A stretch of DNA of 64,000 nt from an uncultured Bdellovibrionales bacterium (GTDB lineage Bacteria; Patescibacteriota; Minisyncoccia; Moranbacterales; UBA2206), in contig CAYLWX010000004.1 in the NCBI GenBank assembly GCA_964387895.1, positions 5,303 to 69,302 on the forward strand, read 5' to 3'. The position numbers were made by a program, and so were the translations under genes. Each line of letters opens with the position of its first letter. Positions within the stretch are counted from its first letter, which is position 1. Below, in pieces: positions 49,593-58,626 of this stretch. The notes under the pieces are model-generated. The model was not told the origin of the DNA. It did not search any database and saw only the letters and a program-made list of their open reading frames with translations.

Positions 49593-50675
49593 TTATTCCT
49601 CCGTTAAAACCTCCGCGACGCGACGCGCGCATGTATTCCAGCAAAACCTCCTTATATTTTCATATCCTTTATTTTTCAATTCCTCCTGAAGATTCTTTTT
49701 TCCTACCAACTCTGCTATGTTCTCCGCTATTATATCATTCTGAGCCGGATCAACCAGTATCGCGCTTTCCCCGACTATCTCTCGCATAAGAGACGTATCA
49801 GAAGTGATTACCGGCACTCCCATGCTTTGCGCTTCCAGCACCGGCAAACCAAATCCTTCCGACCAGGTGGGAAAAAGAAAAATTTCCGCGTGTTGCATAA
49901 AGTTCCATTTTTCCTCTTCGCTTATAAACCCAGTAAGCACAATGTCTGACGCGTAATTACTTTTATCTATTATACTTTTAATTTCTTCATATCCATACCC
50001 AGCCTTTCCCGCTAACACTAACTTATGAGGAAAATGATGTTTTTTCTTTACTATTTCAAACGCTTCTACAATTCCCAAAATATTCTTTCGCCTCTCAATC
50101 CGGCCAACATAAAAAAAATAAGGTCCAGTAATTGGGAATTGGGAATTAGGAATTAGGAATTGGGAATTACCACCATGTCCTTCATGCACCACTTTTATCT
50201 TTTTTTCCGAAATTCCATACACATTCATTAAATCATTTTTTGTAATATCTGATACCGCGATAATTTTACGCGCCCATCGGCAGGAATTTTTTATCGACCA
50301 CCGCATATACCGTCTGTCCCACGCGGAATACGCCTGCGGCATATGCTCATACTCCAACCCGTGCACAGTGACAACCGTATTTTTAGAATGAAAGACAGGA
50401 ACCACATGAGCAGGAATAAAGAGCGTGTCGACCGGATGGACAAGCATTTCAACAGAAAGCCTGATTTGCGTCCATAACATCGGTAACCATAATTCTTTTA
50501 TCTTCCAAGTTAAAGGAACATCAAAGTCCAGCGTCTGCCCCTTGCGCGTATACAGCATCACATCATGCCGCGCGAGTACCGTACTCCGAAGCTCTTTTAT
50601 TATCTGGTAAGAGTACTCTTCAATACCAGTACGCTCTCTCACGCACGCGCGGGAAGCATCAATGCCGATAACCAT
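49593..50675 (-). CDS. GT4 glycosyltransferase (MtfB/WbpY-like)
   Basis: IGIDAS..RTGIEEY, GRIERRKN, EGFGLPVLEA. Confidence 0.92.
   Translation of the reverse strand: MVIGIDASRACVRERTGIEEYSYQIIKELRSTVLARHDVMLYTRKGQTLDFDVPLTWKIKELWLPMLWTQIRLSVEMLVHPVDTLFIPAHVVPVFHSKNTVVTVHGLEYEHMPQAYSAWDRRYMRWSIKNSCRWARKIIAVSDITKNDLMNVYGISEKKIKVVHEGHGGNSQFLIPNSQFPITGPYFFYVGRIERRKNILGIVEAFEIVKKKHHFPHKLVLAGKAGYGYEEIKSIIDKSNYASDIVLTGFISEEEKWNFMQHAEIFLFPTWSEGFGLPVLEAQSMGVPVITSDTSLMREIVGESAILVDPAQNDIIAENIAELVGKKNLQEELKNKGYENIRRFCWNTCARRVAEVLTEE
50130..50170. repeat. family C heptamer tandem repeat inside a CDS
   Basis: (AATTRGG)x5 + AATTAC; encodes NSQFLIPNSQFPIT. Confidence 0.85.
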
Positions 50676-50713
50676 AATTAAATAGCAAACGACCGCAAAT
50701 TATTTTTAATTTC

Positions 50714-51721
50714 TCATTTCGTCAACATAATCGTCCTCTTGTACAACTCCAGATTATCTATCGCGGTGCCAATTCCTTTCACCACGCAAAGAAGCGGTTC
50801 ATCCGCCACATAGCATGGAACTTCGATGGTTTTCGTGATAAGCTGGTCCAAATGCCGAAGCAACGCCCCTCCTCCGGAAAGCACCATTCCCTTATCCATA
50901 ACATCCGCCGCAAGTTCCGGCGGGGTTTCCTGCAATACCTTTTTAATTGCGTTAATAATTTCCCGAAGCTCGTCCTGAAGCGCTTCTGTAACTTCATTGG
51001 AAGAAATCTTGATAGTTTTTGGAAGTCCTCCCGTTAAATCTCTTCCCCGCGCTTCCAAATATTCTTCTTTTACCTGGGGAAGCGCGGAGCCAATTTTAAT
51101 TTTAATTTCTTCCGCCGTCCGCTCGCCTATGGCTAAACTATACTTTCTCTTAATGTAATCCGCGATCGCCTGATCCAGCTTATTGCCTCCCACTCGCGCG
51201 CTGTGAGCCGCCACAATACCGCCTAAAGAAATAACCGCGACTTCTGAAGTTCCTCCGCCGATATCTATAATCATATTTCCCGCGGGAGAATTTATAGGAA
51301 TACCAGCACCAATCGCCGCCAGCACCGGTTCCTTGACTACATAGGCCGCCTTCGCGCCCGCCCGCATGGCCGCGTCAATCACCGCTCTTTTTTCCGTGGA
51401 AGTTACTCCCGCCGGAATAGAAACCATCACTTCCGGCCGCACCAAACGTATTTTTCCACTTACTTTATTAATGAAATACTTCAGCATGGCCTCGGTAATC
51501 CGGTAATCCGCGATAACCCCGTCTTTCATGGGGCGGCTGGCCACGATAGTGTCCGGCGTCCTCCCCAGCATTTCCTTCGCGTCATTCCCCACCGCCAGGA
51601 CTTTATTATCCAATATAGAAATCGCCACCACGCTTGGTTCATTGCATACCACTCCTTTTCCCGGAATAAACACCAAAATATTGGCCGTACCCAAGTCAAT
51701 TCCTATTTTTCGAATTAACAT
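50714..51721 (-). CDS. mreB: rod shape-determining protein MreB
   Basis: IGIDLGTAN, EPSVVA, RPMKDGVIAD, DIGGGT, GGGALL. Start set at ATG 51721 because the upstream extension is repeat-derived. Confidence 0.97.
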   Translation of the reverse strand: MLIRKIGIDLGTANILVFIPGKGVVCNEPSVVAISILDNKVLAVGNDAKEMLGRTPDTIVASRPMKDGVIADYRITEAMLKYFINKVSGKIRLVRPEVMVSIPAGVTSTEKRAVIDAAMRAGAKAAYVVKEPVLAAIGAGIPINSPAGNMIIDIGGGTSEVAVISLGGIVAAHSARVGGNKLDQAIADYIKRKYSLAIGERTAEEIKIKIGSALPQVKEEYLEARGRDLTGGLPKTIKISSNEVTEALQDELREIINAIKKVLQETPPELAADVMDKGMVLSGGGALLRHLDQLITKTIEVPCYVADEPLLCVVKGIGTAIDNLELYKRTIMLTK

Positions 51722-51727
51722 AAGAAT

Positions 51728-51845
51728 AAAATTCCCAATTTCTAATACCCAATTTCCAATAAATGTCCAATACTTAAATTCCAAAATTTTGGAATTGAGA
51801 TTTGGGATTTTATTGGAAATTGGAAATTGGAAATTGGAAATTATT
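51728..51845. repeat. family C heptamer-built long hairpin
   Basis: Central perfect palindrome AATTCCAAAATTTTGGAATT (51777-51796); arms of (C/T)CCAATT-like versus (TTGGAAA)x4 heptamers. Confidence 0.85.
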
Positions 51846-53132
51846 AGCTCCAGTAGTTGCCGGTAGCGAAATACTCCCGACTCTCTTTATTTTAGCTCCC
51901 AACTTCACAAGCCTTTCCTCAATCTTTTCATATCCTCGATCCACCTGATAGGCATCCTGGATAATGGTTTTCCCTTCCGCGATAAGCGCGGCAATAATCA
52001 AAGAAGCTCCCGCCCGAAGATCGTAACTGGTAATCGTGCTTCCTTTTAATTTCACGGGCCCGCGCACCAATGCTTCGTGGGAATTCATAAACTCTATTTT
52101 CGCGCCCATTTTTTGCGCTTCTTCCAGATACTTAAATCTCCCTTCGTATAACGTGTCATACATCAGTGTTGTTCCTTCAGCCTGGGTTGCCAGAATACCA
52201 AACGGCGCTTGCACGTCAGTAGGAACCCCCGGATATGTTCTGGTTTCAATCTTTTTCACCGCGGCAAGTTTCTTTCCGGGCGCTACTTCGATATAATTTT
52301 TTCCCACACGGAACTCCGCGCCCATTTCGCGCAATTTCTCCAATACCAAATCAAGATGTTCTTCTCTCGCATACTTTACTCGAATAGGACTTCCTGTCGC
52401 CACTCCCATAATTAAAAACGTGGCCGCTTCATTCGCATCGGGAATTATGGAATGTGTTGCTCCCCGCAAATTCCGCGTACCGGTAATTTCCAATGTATGC
52501 GTTCCCAGTCCGGCTATCTTCGCTCCCATAGAAACTAAAAATCTCCCTAAATCTTCCACGTGAGGTTCCGCTGCCGCGATTTTAATGACCGTCTTCCCTG
52601 GTAAACTCGCCGCCAGCATCATCGCGTTCTCCGTTCCCGTTACTGAAAACTCCTGAAGCACCACATGAGCCGATTTCCGGCCGGACGCGTCGACAATATA
52701 AAATTTTCCATCCTGGCGAATTTTTATCCCCATTTTGGCAAGCGCGTCAAAATGTGTTCCTAACGGACGGGCTCCAATCACGCATCCGCCCGGATGAGCA
52801 ATTTTAAACCGTGAAAACCTGGCGCAAAGCGATCCTAACAATAAAATAGAAGAACGCATTTTTTTCACATTCTGAATATCCATCTTCTCCGGCCGTACCT
52901 GATCCGCTCTTATCTTCACCTTTCGCTTCCCTGTCCATTCAACCTCCGCACCCATGCTTTTGAGGATTTCAATCATTCTAAAAACATCCTCGATTAAAGG
53001 GATGTTTGAAATCACGCATTCCCCCCTGGTAAGCAGTGCTGCCGCGAGAATGGGAGTAGTAGCGTTCTTGGATCCTCTCACCTCTATCTCTCCTTTGAGC
53101 TTTTTCCCGCCCTGAATTTCAAAAATTTCCAT
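51810..53132 (-). CDS. murA: UDP-N-acetylglucosamine 1-carboxyvinyltransferase
   Basis: GSKNA, MRSSI, PGGCVIGARP (catalytic Cys), AAAEPH, YPGVPTD, DLRAG, DRGYE; start 53132. Confidence 0.97.
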   Translation of the reverse strand: MEIFEIQGGKKLKGEIEVRGSKNATTPILAAALLTRGECVISNIPLIEDVFRMIEILKSMGAEVEWTGKRKVKIRADQVRPEKMDIQNVKKMRSSILLLGSLCARFSRFKIAHPGGCVIGARPLGTHFDALAKMGIKIRQDGKFYIVDASGRKSAHVVLQEFSVTGTENAMMLAASLPGKTVIKIAAAEPHVEDLGRFLVSMGAKIAGLGTHTLEITGTRNLRGATHSIIPDANEAATFLIMGVATGSPIRVKYAREEHLDLVLEKLREMGAEFRVGKNYIEVAPGKKLAAVKKIETRTYPGVPTDVQAPFGILATQAEGTTLMYDTLYEGRFKYLEEAQKMGAKIEFMNSHEALVRGPVKLKGSTITSYDLRAGASLIIAALIAEGKTIIQDAYQVDRGYEKIEERLVKLGAKIKRVGSISLPATTGANNFQFPISNFQ

Positions 53133-53138
53133 AGGTGT

Positions 53139-53167
53139 ATTATAGGCGAATACGGTTCTTTTTTCAA
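53139..53167 (-). promoter_or_regulatory. sigma70 promoter of murA, probably leaderless
   Basis: TTGAAA, 17 bp, TATAAT, 6 nt, ATG. Confidence 0.6.
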
Positions 53168-53186
53168 GTCGATCCATTTCCTACCG

Positions 53187-53336
53187 TGTCATTCCCGCGA
53201 AGGCGGGAATCCATGATTTAAATCGATAGGTGAAATAAAAAATGAATTTAATTTTAATTCTTCTTACCCTATAGCTTGATTATTATTAAATAGGCATGTG
53301 GTATACTCCTGGATTCCCGCCTCCGCGAGAATGACA
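53187..53336. repeat. family A REP-doublet element, copy 4
   Basis: TGTCATTCCCGCGAAGGCGGGAATCCA ... TGGATTCCCGCCTCCGCGAGAATGACA; spacer homologous to the reverse complement of copy 1. Confidence 0.9.
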
Positions 53337-53386
53337 TAAAAAATTAAATGTGTAATTCTAAACATGTTCTGGCTTAATACGGGAAC

Positions 53387-56140
53387 CTACAAAGAAACAA
53401 TATATTCCAAGCTGTCTATAAGCAATTCTTTTGCCCGCGCGTCAGTTTTTTTAAACTGATTGGGATTTTTAAGTTGGACGATTAAAGTATTAATATATCT
53501 TTTATACGACACATTCATTCTTTCTTCTATTTCCTCCCTGGTACTTTCAGGAATACGCGGATTATTTCTTATTTTTTCCATGTGCTCCAGAAAATGTCTG
53601 GCAACCCGCGCATAAGATTCCAGTACTTTTTTATCGCTTTTGCTTTTTATAAGTCCCAACTGGTAATATTGGCGAATATTACGCGCTATGGAATCCAGGG
53701 AAGAAACCGCAGTAAAAGAGACCTCTTTCCAACTCTCATTTCCAGCTTCATCGATGGCAGTTATTTTCAGCGTGTGAGTTCCGGTTTTCTGGAGAGATAA
53801 ATCTATTTCTTCCTGATTGAATACATTGCCATCTAAATAAAGCTTGATCTTGATATGTTCCGGAATCGTCACGTCATCTTTTGTTTGATACTGTATCTTC
53901 ACGCTTTGATCATTGAGATACTCCTTTTCTTCCGGAGAAAAAATTTCTACGACCGGGGGAACATTGTCTTTTTCTTCAGTGATAATTTCATCTTCTTCTA
54001 CTTTGATAATTCGCTCCTGCTCCTGCCCCATTGTCACTGATCCTCGCAACATTCCTCCTATCTCTGTAGCGCCCTCTGGATCAGTTTCATCCTGCGATAT
54101 TTTGGCAATTTCTATGGCATACTCCCCTTCTCCTGTCCCGCGGGTAAGAACCTTATATTCCCCGTCTTCCGGATTGGGAATGGTAATAAATTCCGTGTCG
54201 GTGTCATATCCGGTGTAATAGGCGCCTGGAATTTCATTGAGAAGCTCTCCGGTAGCGAAATTCTTCCCCACTCTTTTTCCACCTGGAGCTATGATTTGGA
54301 TGTCAATGGGAGAAAAGACGTTAAAAAGGAGAATATTGGGGATATGCCATTCGTCTACGTAATAGCAATCTTCTTCTTCAATGTTAGCCAGTTCGTATAG
54401 TATTTTACATTGGGATTTGGTTGGTAAATCTTTATGCACAGAATTAATTTCAATAGAAGTATTAGGACTAATTGCCTGTGAACTGGACTTTGGAACTGTT
54501 TCATCTCCTTCTTCATATTCCAATCCCTGATCAGTTTCATCATCATAAAAATTTTCCGGCATACCATGCTCCCAAAGGCCTGACTTCGTGCTGTCAACTA
54601 CCCTTATCTTTGAAATAGTAGTTTGTTCATTGCTAATATTCCCTGTAATATTGATGAAGTTAACTTTATTTAATTTTTGTATATTTTCTTCTTCATTAAG
54701 TTCTTCCAGAAAATTATTTGTCGGGTAATTCCTGGGATAATTTCTCATCTCTTCTAAAGATACATCAAAAAGATAGCTATAATCTGGAAGTAATTCTTTT
54801 ACGGAAGGAACTTCGTTTCGGATATATGTGTATATGTCCCCATAGCCATTATGCTTTGCTTCATTTTTAAAGTGATGTTTAGCTAATCCTTCTTGTAAAC
54901 CAAAAAATCCTTCTCCAGCTTCCCATTTTAGATATGCTTCCGGCACTCCTTTGTGTGGCGTCCCCAGAGTAACAAGCTGGTCAATATTATCTTTATATTC
55001 ATTGCCCTCTACATGCGCCCGCGCCACAAGCCCTCCCATGCTGTGCGCCGCAATATCAACTCTGGATACTTTTGTTTGAGATATAATTTCTTTAATTTTC
55101 TCAGCCAGATCAGCAGAGGTGATTTCATTGCTTTTATGCCAATCATACGGGAACTCAAAAAGATTTTTATCTTTTTCATACCCATTTTCCTGAAACGATT
55201 GCGCCAGATTATCATACGTGTGAAGAATAGGATCAAGCTTCCACTTTCCCCACACTTTTTCTGATCCTGTAATCCCGGGAACAATAACTACTGGATCAGC
55301 TATCACTTCACTGCTTTTCCATCCATCCAAAAACACATCTCCTTTTACTATTTCTCCCTGCGTATCATCATTGGGAATTTCTCCGGATGGACCACCAGGA
55401 TCACCATACCAGTTATTCTTTAGTAACACTCTTCTCCTGCATTCCGCGGAAATCCCGCAATATACTTTGGACATCACCGCTGTATTATCGTCGTTATCTT
55501 CAAAATTAGAATTTACTATTTCCAAAAAATCCCCCTGGTTTTCATCTTTCAAATCAAGCTCCACTCCAATATCAGCGTAGCTGTTGCCAATAAAGAAAGA
55601 ATTTTCAATGTGCAATTTTCCCGAAAAGAAGTATAACGCCGGTATGCCTTCAATTTCCCACGCGCGCGCGGTATGAACAAAAATATCTTTCATTGCCACA
55701 GGGCCACCATCTGAAAAGTTTCCTAAATTGGATATCTCCACATAACGCAAGAAAGAGGCCTCCGCGCCGGGAGGACTCCTGAATTGAATAAAAGATCCGC
55801 TATCAGGATCCGAAGCGGTAATTTTTACTTTTTCTTTTTCCGTTCCGTTGGCTACGATTCTCCCATCGCTTACAAAAATAGCAGCGCTGTGTCCTGAAAC
55901 AAACTCTATTTTTGTCCCTTTTTCAAGGGTTAGCGTGGCATTATTCTCTATAACTACGTCCCTATCAAATACCAATGTATCATCTTTTGTCCAGGTGGTA
56001 TCATGATCAACAGTTATATACTCGTATGCCCGCGCTTCATTTTCTCGAATTGCTTCATATCTGTATCCAAGATAGATACACACTACTATAACAGCCGCTA
56101 CCACACTGAGAAATCTCTTGGGGTTATTTTTTCTGTGCAT
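53387..56140 (-). CDS. membrane-anchored alpha/beta-hydrolase (LCAT/PGAP1-like lipase) with beta-helix, Ig-like and helical accessory domains
   Basis: N-terminal TM; VIVPGITGS, FPYDW, AHSMGG nucleophile elbow, LGTPHKG, GDETVP, H..LP; D.VPP.V.I.SP...DEAGN Ig-like segment. Confidence 0.85.
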   Translation of the reverse strand: MHRKNNPKRFLSVVAAVIVVCIYLGYRYEAIRENEARAYEYITVDHDTTWTKDDTLVFDRDVVIENNATLTLEKGTKIEFVSGHSAAIFVSDGRIVANGTEKEKVKITASDPDSGSFIQFRSPPGAEASFLRYVEISNLGNFSDGGPVAMKDIFVHTARAWEIEGIPALYFFSGKLHIENSFFIGNSYADIGVELDLKDENQGDFLEIVNSNFEDNDDNTAVMSKVYCGISAECRRRVLLKNNWYGDPGGPSGEIPNDDTQGEIVKGDVFLDGWKSSEVIADPVVIVPGITGSEKVWGKWKLDPILHTYDNLAQSFQENGYEKDKNLFEFPYDWHKSNEITSADLAEKIKEIISQTKVSRVDIAAHSMGGLVARAHVEGNEYKDNIDQLVTLGTPHKGVPEAYLKWEAGEGFFGLQEGLAKHHFKNEAKHNGYGDIYTYIRNEVPSVKELLPDYSYLFDVSLEEMRNYPRNYPTNNFLEELNEEENIQKLNKVNFINITGNISNEQTTISKIRVVDSTKSGLWEHGMPENFYDDETDQGLEYEEGDETVPKSSSQAISPNTSIEINSVHKDLPTKSQCKILYELANIEEEDCYYVDEWHIPNILLFNVFSPIDIQIIAPGGKRVGKNFATGELLNEIPGAYYTGYDTDTEFITIPNPEDGEYKVLTRGTGEGEYAIEIAKISQDETDPEGATEIGGMLRGSVTMGQEQERIIKVEEDEIITEEKDNVPPVVEIFSPEEKEYLNDQSVKIQYQTKDDVTIPEHIKIKLYLDGNVFNQEEIDLSLQKTGTHTLKITAIDEAGNESWKEVSFTAVSSLDSIARNIRQYYQLGLIKSKSDKKVLESYARVARHFLEHMEKIRNNPRIPESTREEIEERMNVSYKRYINTLIVQLKNPNQFKKTDARAKELLIDSLEYIVSL

Positions 56141-56160
56141 TTTTATTTTTCAAAACATTA

Positions 56161-56481
56161 TTAAGCGTTTTTCTTTAAACTATTCTTGTTTTTTAGCTTA
56201 TTCCTAATAAAACCACTTACCAGGATAGCAAAAATCACTATATTAATTATCGGCCAAATCTTAATAGAAAAAGTACGTAACCATATCAAGTCATGGAACT
56301 TGAAGACTCTTGAACTTGACCACACCATTAAATACACAGAAAAATTTCCAAATAAAGAAAAGATAAAAAAAGAAGCTAATGCTTTTCGAGCAAATATAAA
56401 TGTAATAACCCCAAGCAATCCTGAAGTTATCAATAAAAAATATAGAACTTTTAAATCTGTAAACGAATCTCCAAAAAACAT
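56161..56481 (-). CDS. small 3-TM membrane protein
   Basis: 106 aa hydrophobic; preceded by a TGGTATAAT box; 20 bp upstream of the lipase gene. Confidence 0.65.
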   Translation of the reverse strand: MFFGDSFTDLKVLYFLLITSGLLGVITFIFARKALASFFIFSLFGNFSVYLMVWSSSRVFKFHDLIWLRTFSIKIWPIINIVIFAILVSGFIRNKLKNKNSLKKNA

Positions 56482-56596
56482 AGTTTTATGTTAATATTTA
56501 TTATCACCCCTTAAGTAAAGATATTATACCATAGTCTTAAATTAAAATTAAAAAAACGATTAACCAATAAATTTTTTGCAAGTGAAAGCCATAAGC

Positions 56597-57337
56597 TCAA
56601 GCCTCATCCAGCAACCTGACAAGCGGTTCTTCCCATCCAAAACAAGTTTCGCGGTTGGCAAGTTTCTCAAATGTTTTGACGCATCGAGGATCGCGGGTGG
56701 CAAATTCTTCCAGCACATTCACTACTTCTTCCACAAACCCTCCAACTTCCCCGTCGGAATCATCCACTCCGCCGCGACAAAGTTTATTATCCAGCCGCAA
56801 TAACAAGTTCACCAGAAGCACAGCAGTCTGTTTGCTTATCGGAAGATTGGAAATTATTTTCGAGAGACGACTTACTCCTTCTGAAAGAGAACTTTGATAC
56901 GAAAACCACAGACGAGACGGTCCGTTATAAGGCTTTATATATTTCATGGCATCGGTAATTTCTTTTTTAACTGCCGAAAATTCTTCCTTATTCAGCTCTC
57001 CCAATCTTCCGCTGCATTCAGCGCCCGCAACGATCCTCTTTTCTTCATCGTTGAGCGGCCTGCCGCCGGCCACTGCCTGAATCGCGACCGCCACCATATG
57101 TTTGCAAAGCGTGTCATTCTGTCCGAGATAACAATTGCAATCACCCCGATCAAAATGCCGCCCGTCCACATACACATTATATGGTTTCGTCCCAAGCACC
57201 ACCGCCCGAAATCTGCCAAACTCTTCCTGAAACTGCGTCACCTTCCCGCTTTCATACAAATCCACCGCTTTTTCAAACGTCGGCGGATCAGTGGCGAATT
57301 TTATTTTGTCTAAATTGTAGGATGGGAGATGTAGCAT
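56597..57337 (-). CDS. SWIM zinc-finger protein
   Basis: A.V.GT..Y.V...CNC(x8)CKH.VA; DDSDG.VG motif. Confidence 0.85.
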   Translation of the reverse strand: MLHLPSYNLDKIKFATDPPTFEKAVDLYESGKVTQFQEEFGRFRAVVLGTKPYNVYVDGRHFDRGDCNCYLGQNDTLCKHMVAVAIQAVAGGRPLNDEEKRIVAGAECSGRLGELNKEEFSAVKKEITDAMKYIKPYNGPSRLWFSYQSSLSEGVSRLSKIISNLPISKQTAVLLVNLLLRLDNKLCRGGVDDSDGEVGGFVEEVVNVLEEFATRDPRCVKTFEKLANRETCFGWEEPLVRLLDEA

Positions 57338-57367
57338 AGAATCATTAAGCTTCAGATCACTTTATAT

Positions 57368-58144
57368 TTAATTTTCCAAGCCAGCTTTAAGAAGTAACTC
57401 ATCAATAGAAAAAGAAAAATAAATTGGCATCTTAATATCAGGAAACTCACCAAAATCATTATAAGGCAAATACCTCCAGTCATTGAGTTTATTATGGGCT
57501 ACAGCATATAATTGAATACCGAGTGTGGAAGGTATTATTTTCGTATAAGGTATCTCAAGGCCATCTTTTATCCTGTGATAACTGGCTTCAGAACTCGTAA
57601 CAACCCCTTTGTTATATAATGCTATTAAGTCCTTTTCAACACTTATGATATTACTATTTTCAAGTTCCTTAGTCGCAAACCATATAGAATATTCATTAAG
57701 TTCATTAATCACACCAACATCTGGCCTCTGTTTATCAACAGGCATTTCCAGCCAAAGTTTATTTAATGATCTATAAAAAATATAATGAAGAAGTAGCTGT
57801 TGGGATGAAAGTGATTTAATAATATCAATATAGTAAACTCCCCTGTCATCTTTCCCGTCTACACTTCTTGATGAGGCCAAAATACCTCCAAAATATTCCG
57901 CACAAATCGTTTCATCAGTAAATGATCCGCTCCAAAAAACATCTCGTGCAACTCTTAAATTGGCATTTTTACTATCTTTTATGTTTGATTTTCTTATCGC
58001 GACAGAAACTATCTTGTTTCTTCCAGCTGTATATATTTTTTCAAAATCATTTCCAATCTTATCAAAAGTTGGACCAAGCAACTTTTTAACCATCCATTCA
58101 TATGGCATGGAACTAGCTAATTGCTTGTTATTTTCTTCACTCAT
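57368..58144 (-). CDS. hypothetical, Abi-alpha/DUF4393-like
   Basis: E...EYFGGILASS.....YIDIIKSLS....L pattern; located in the R-M island. Confidence 0.5.
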   Translation of the reverse strand: MSEENNKQLASSMPYEWMVKKLLGPTFDKIGNDFEKIYTAGRNKIVSVAIRKSNIKDSKNANLRVARDVFWSGSFTDETICAEYFGGILASSRSVDGKDDRGVYYIDIIKSLSSQQLLLHYIFYRSLNKLWLEMPVDKQRPDVGVINELNEYSIWFATKELENSNIISVEKDLIALYNKGVVTSSEASYHRIKDGLEIPYTKIIPSTLGIQLYAVAHNKLNDWRYLPYNDFGEFPDIKMPIYFSFSIDELLLKAGLEN

Positions 58145-58176
58145 ATAAAAATATTCTACGAGTTACATACTGAACT

Positions 58177-58626
58177 TTATTTATGATTGATACTTTTACT
58201 TATGTTTTTATTCGTTTCTACTTTCAAAAACAATTTTGCCCTTCTTTCTAAAAAAACCATATCCTTTAACTGACATTCCCACACAACCATAACTCCCCAT
58301 CCCATTTTTCTCAACTGAGAAATATTCCTCCTGTCTCTCTCCTTATTGGATAATCTCTTCTTCTGCCAGAAGTCACGGTTAGTTTCAGGAATGACTTTTC
58401 CGTATTTACATTTATGCATATGCCAATAGCAGCCATTTACAAAAATTGTTTTGTTTAATTTTGGAAAAACAAGATCTGGCTTTCCTGGTAGATTCCTGCC
58501 ATGAAGCCTGTAACGATACCCCAGCCTATGCAAAAAAGACCTGAGCAACATCTCAGGCCTGGTATTCTTTGATCGAATATTCGACATGTTGCGTGATCTC
58601 TGTTCACGAGTCAGTACATCAATCAT
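58177..58626 (-). CDS. vsr: very short patch repair endonuclease
   Basis: QRSRNMSNIRSKNTRPE, LPGKPDL, FVNGCYWH.H, VWECQ; start at 58626. Confidence 0.95.
   Translation of the reverse strand: MIDVLTREQRSRNMSNIRSKNTRPEMLLRSFLHRLGYRYRLHGRNLPGKPDLVFPKLNKTIFVNGCYWHMHKCKYGKVIPETNRDFWQKKRLSNKERDRRNISQLRKMGWGVMVVWECQLKDMVFLERRAKLFLKVETNKNISKSINHK

Noticed and set aside
51722-51784. 21-aa N-terminal extension of MreB
   Set aside because: It is the translated hairpin repeat; the MreB fold starts at ATG 51721.
25823-53336. Family A/B repeats as a CRISPR array or tRNAs
   Set aside because: Copies are dispersed and inverted with homologous spacers; no cas genes and no cloverleaf or T-loop motifs.
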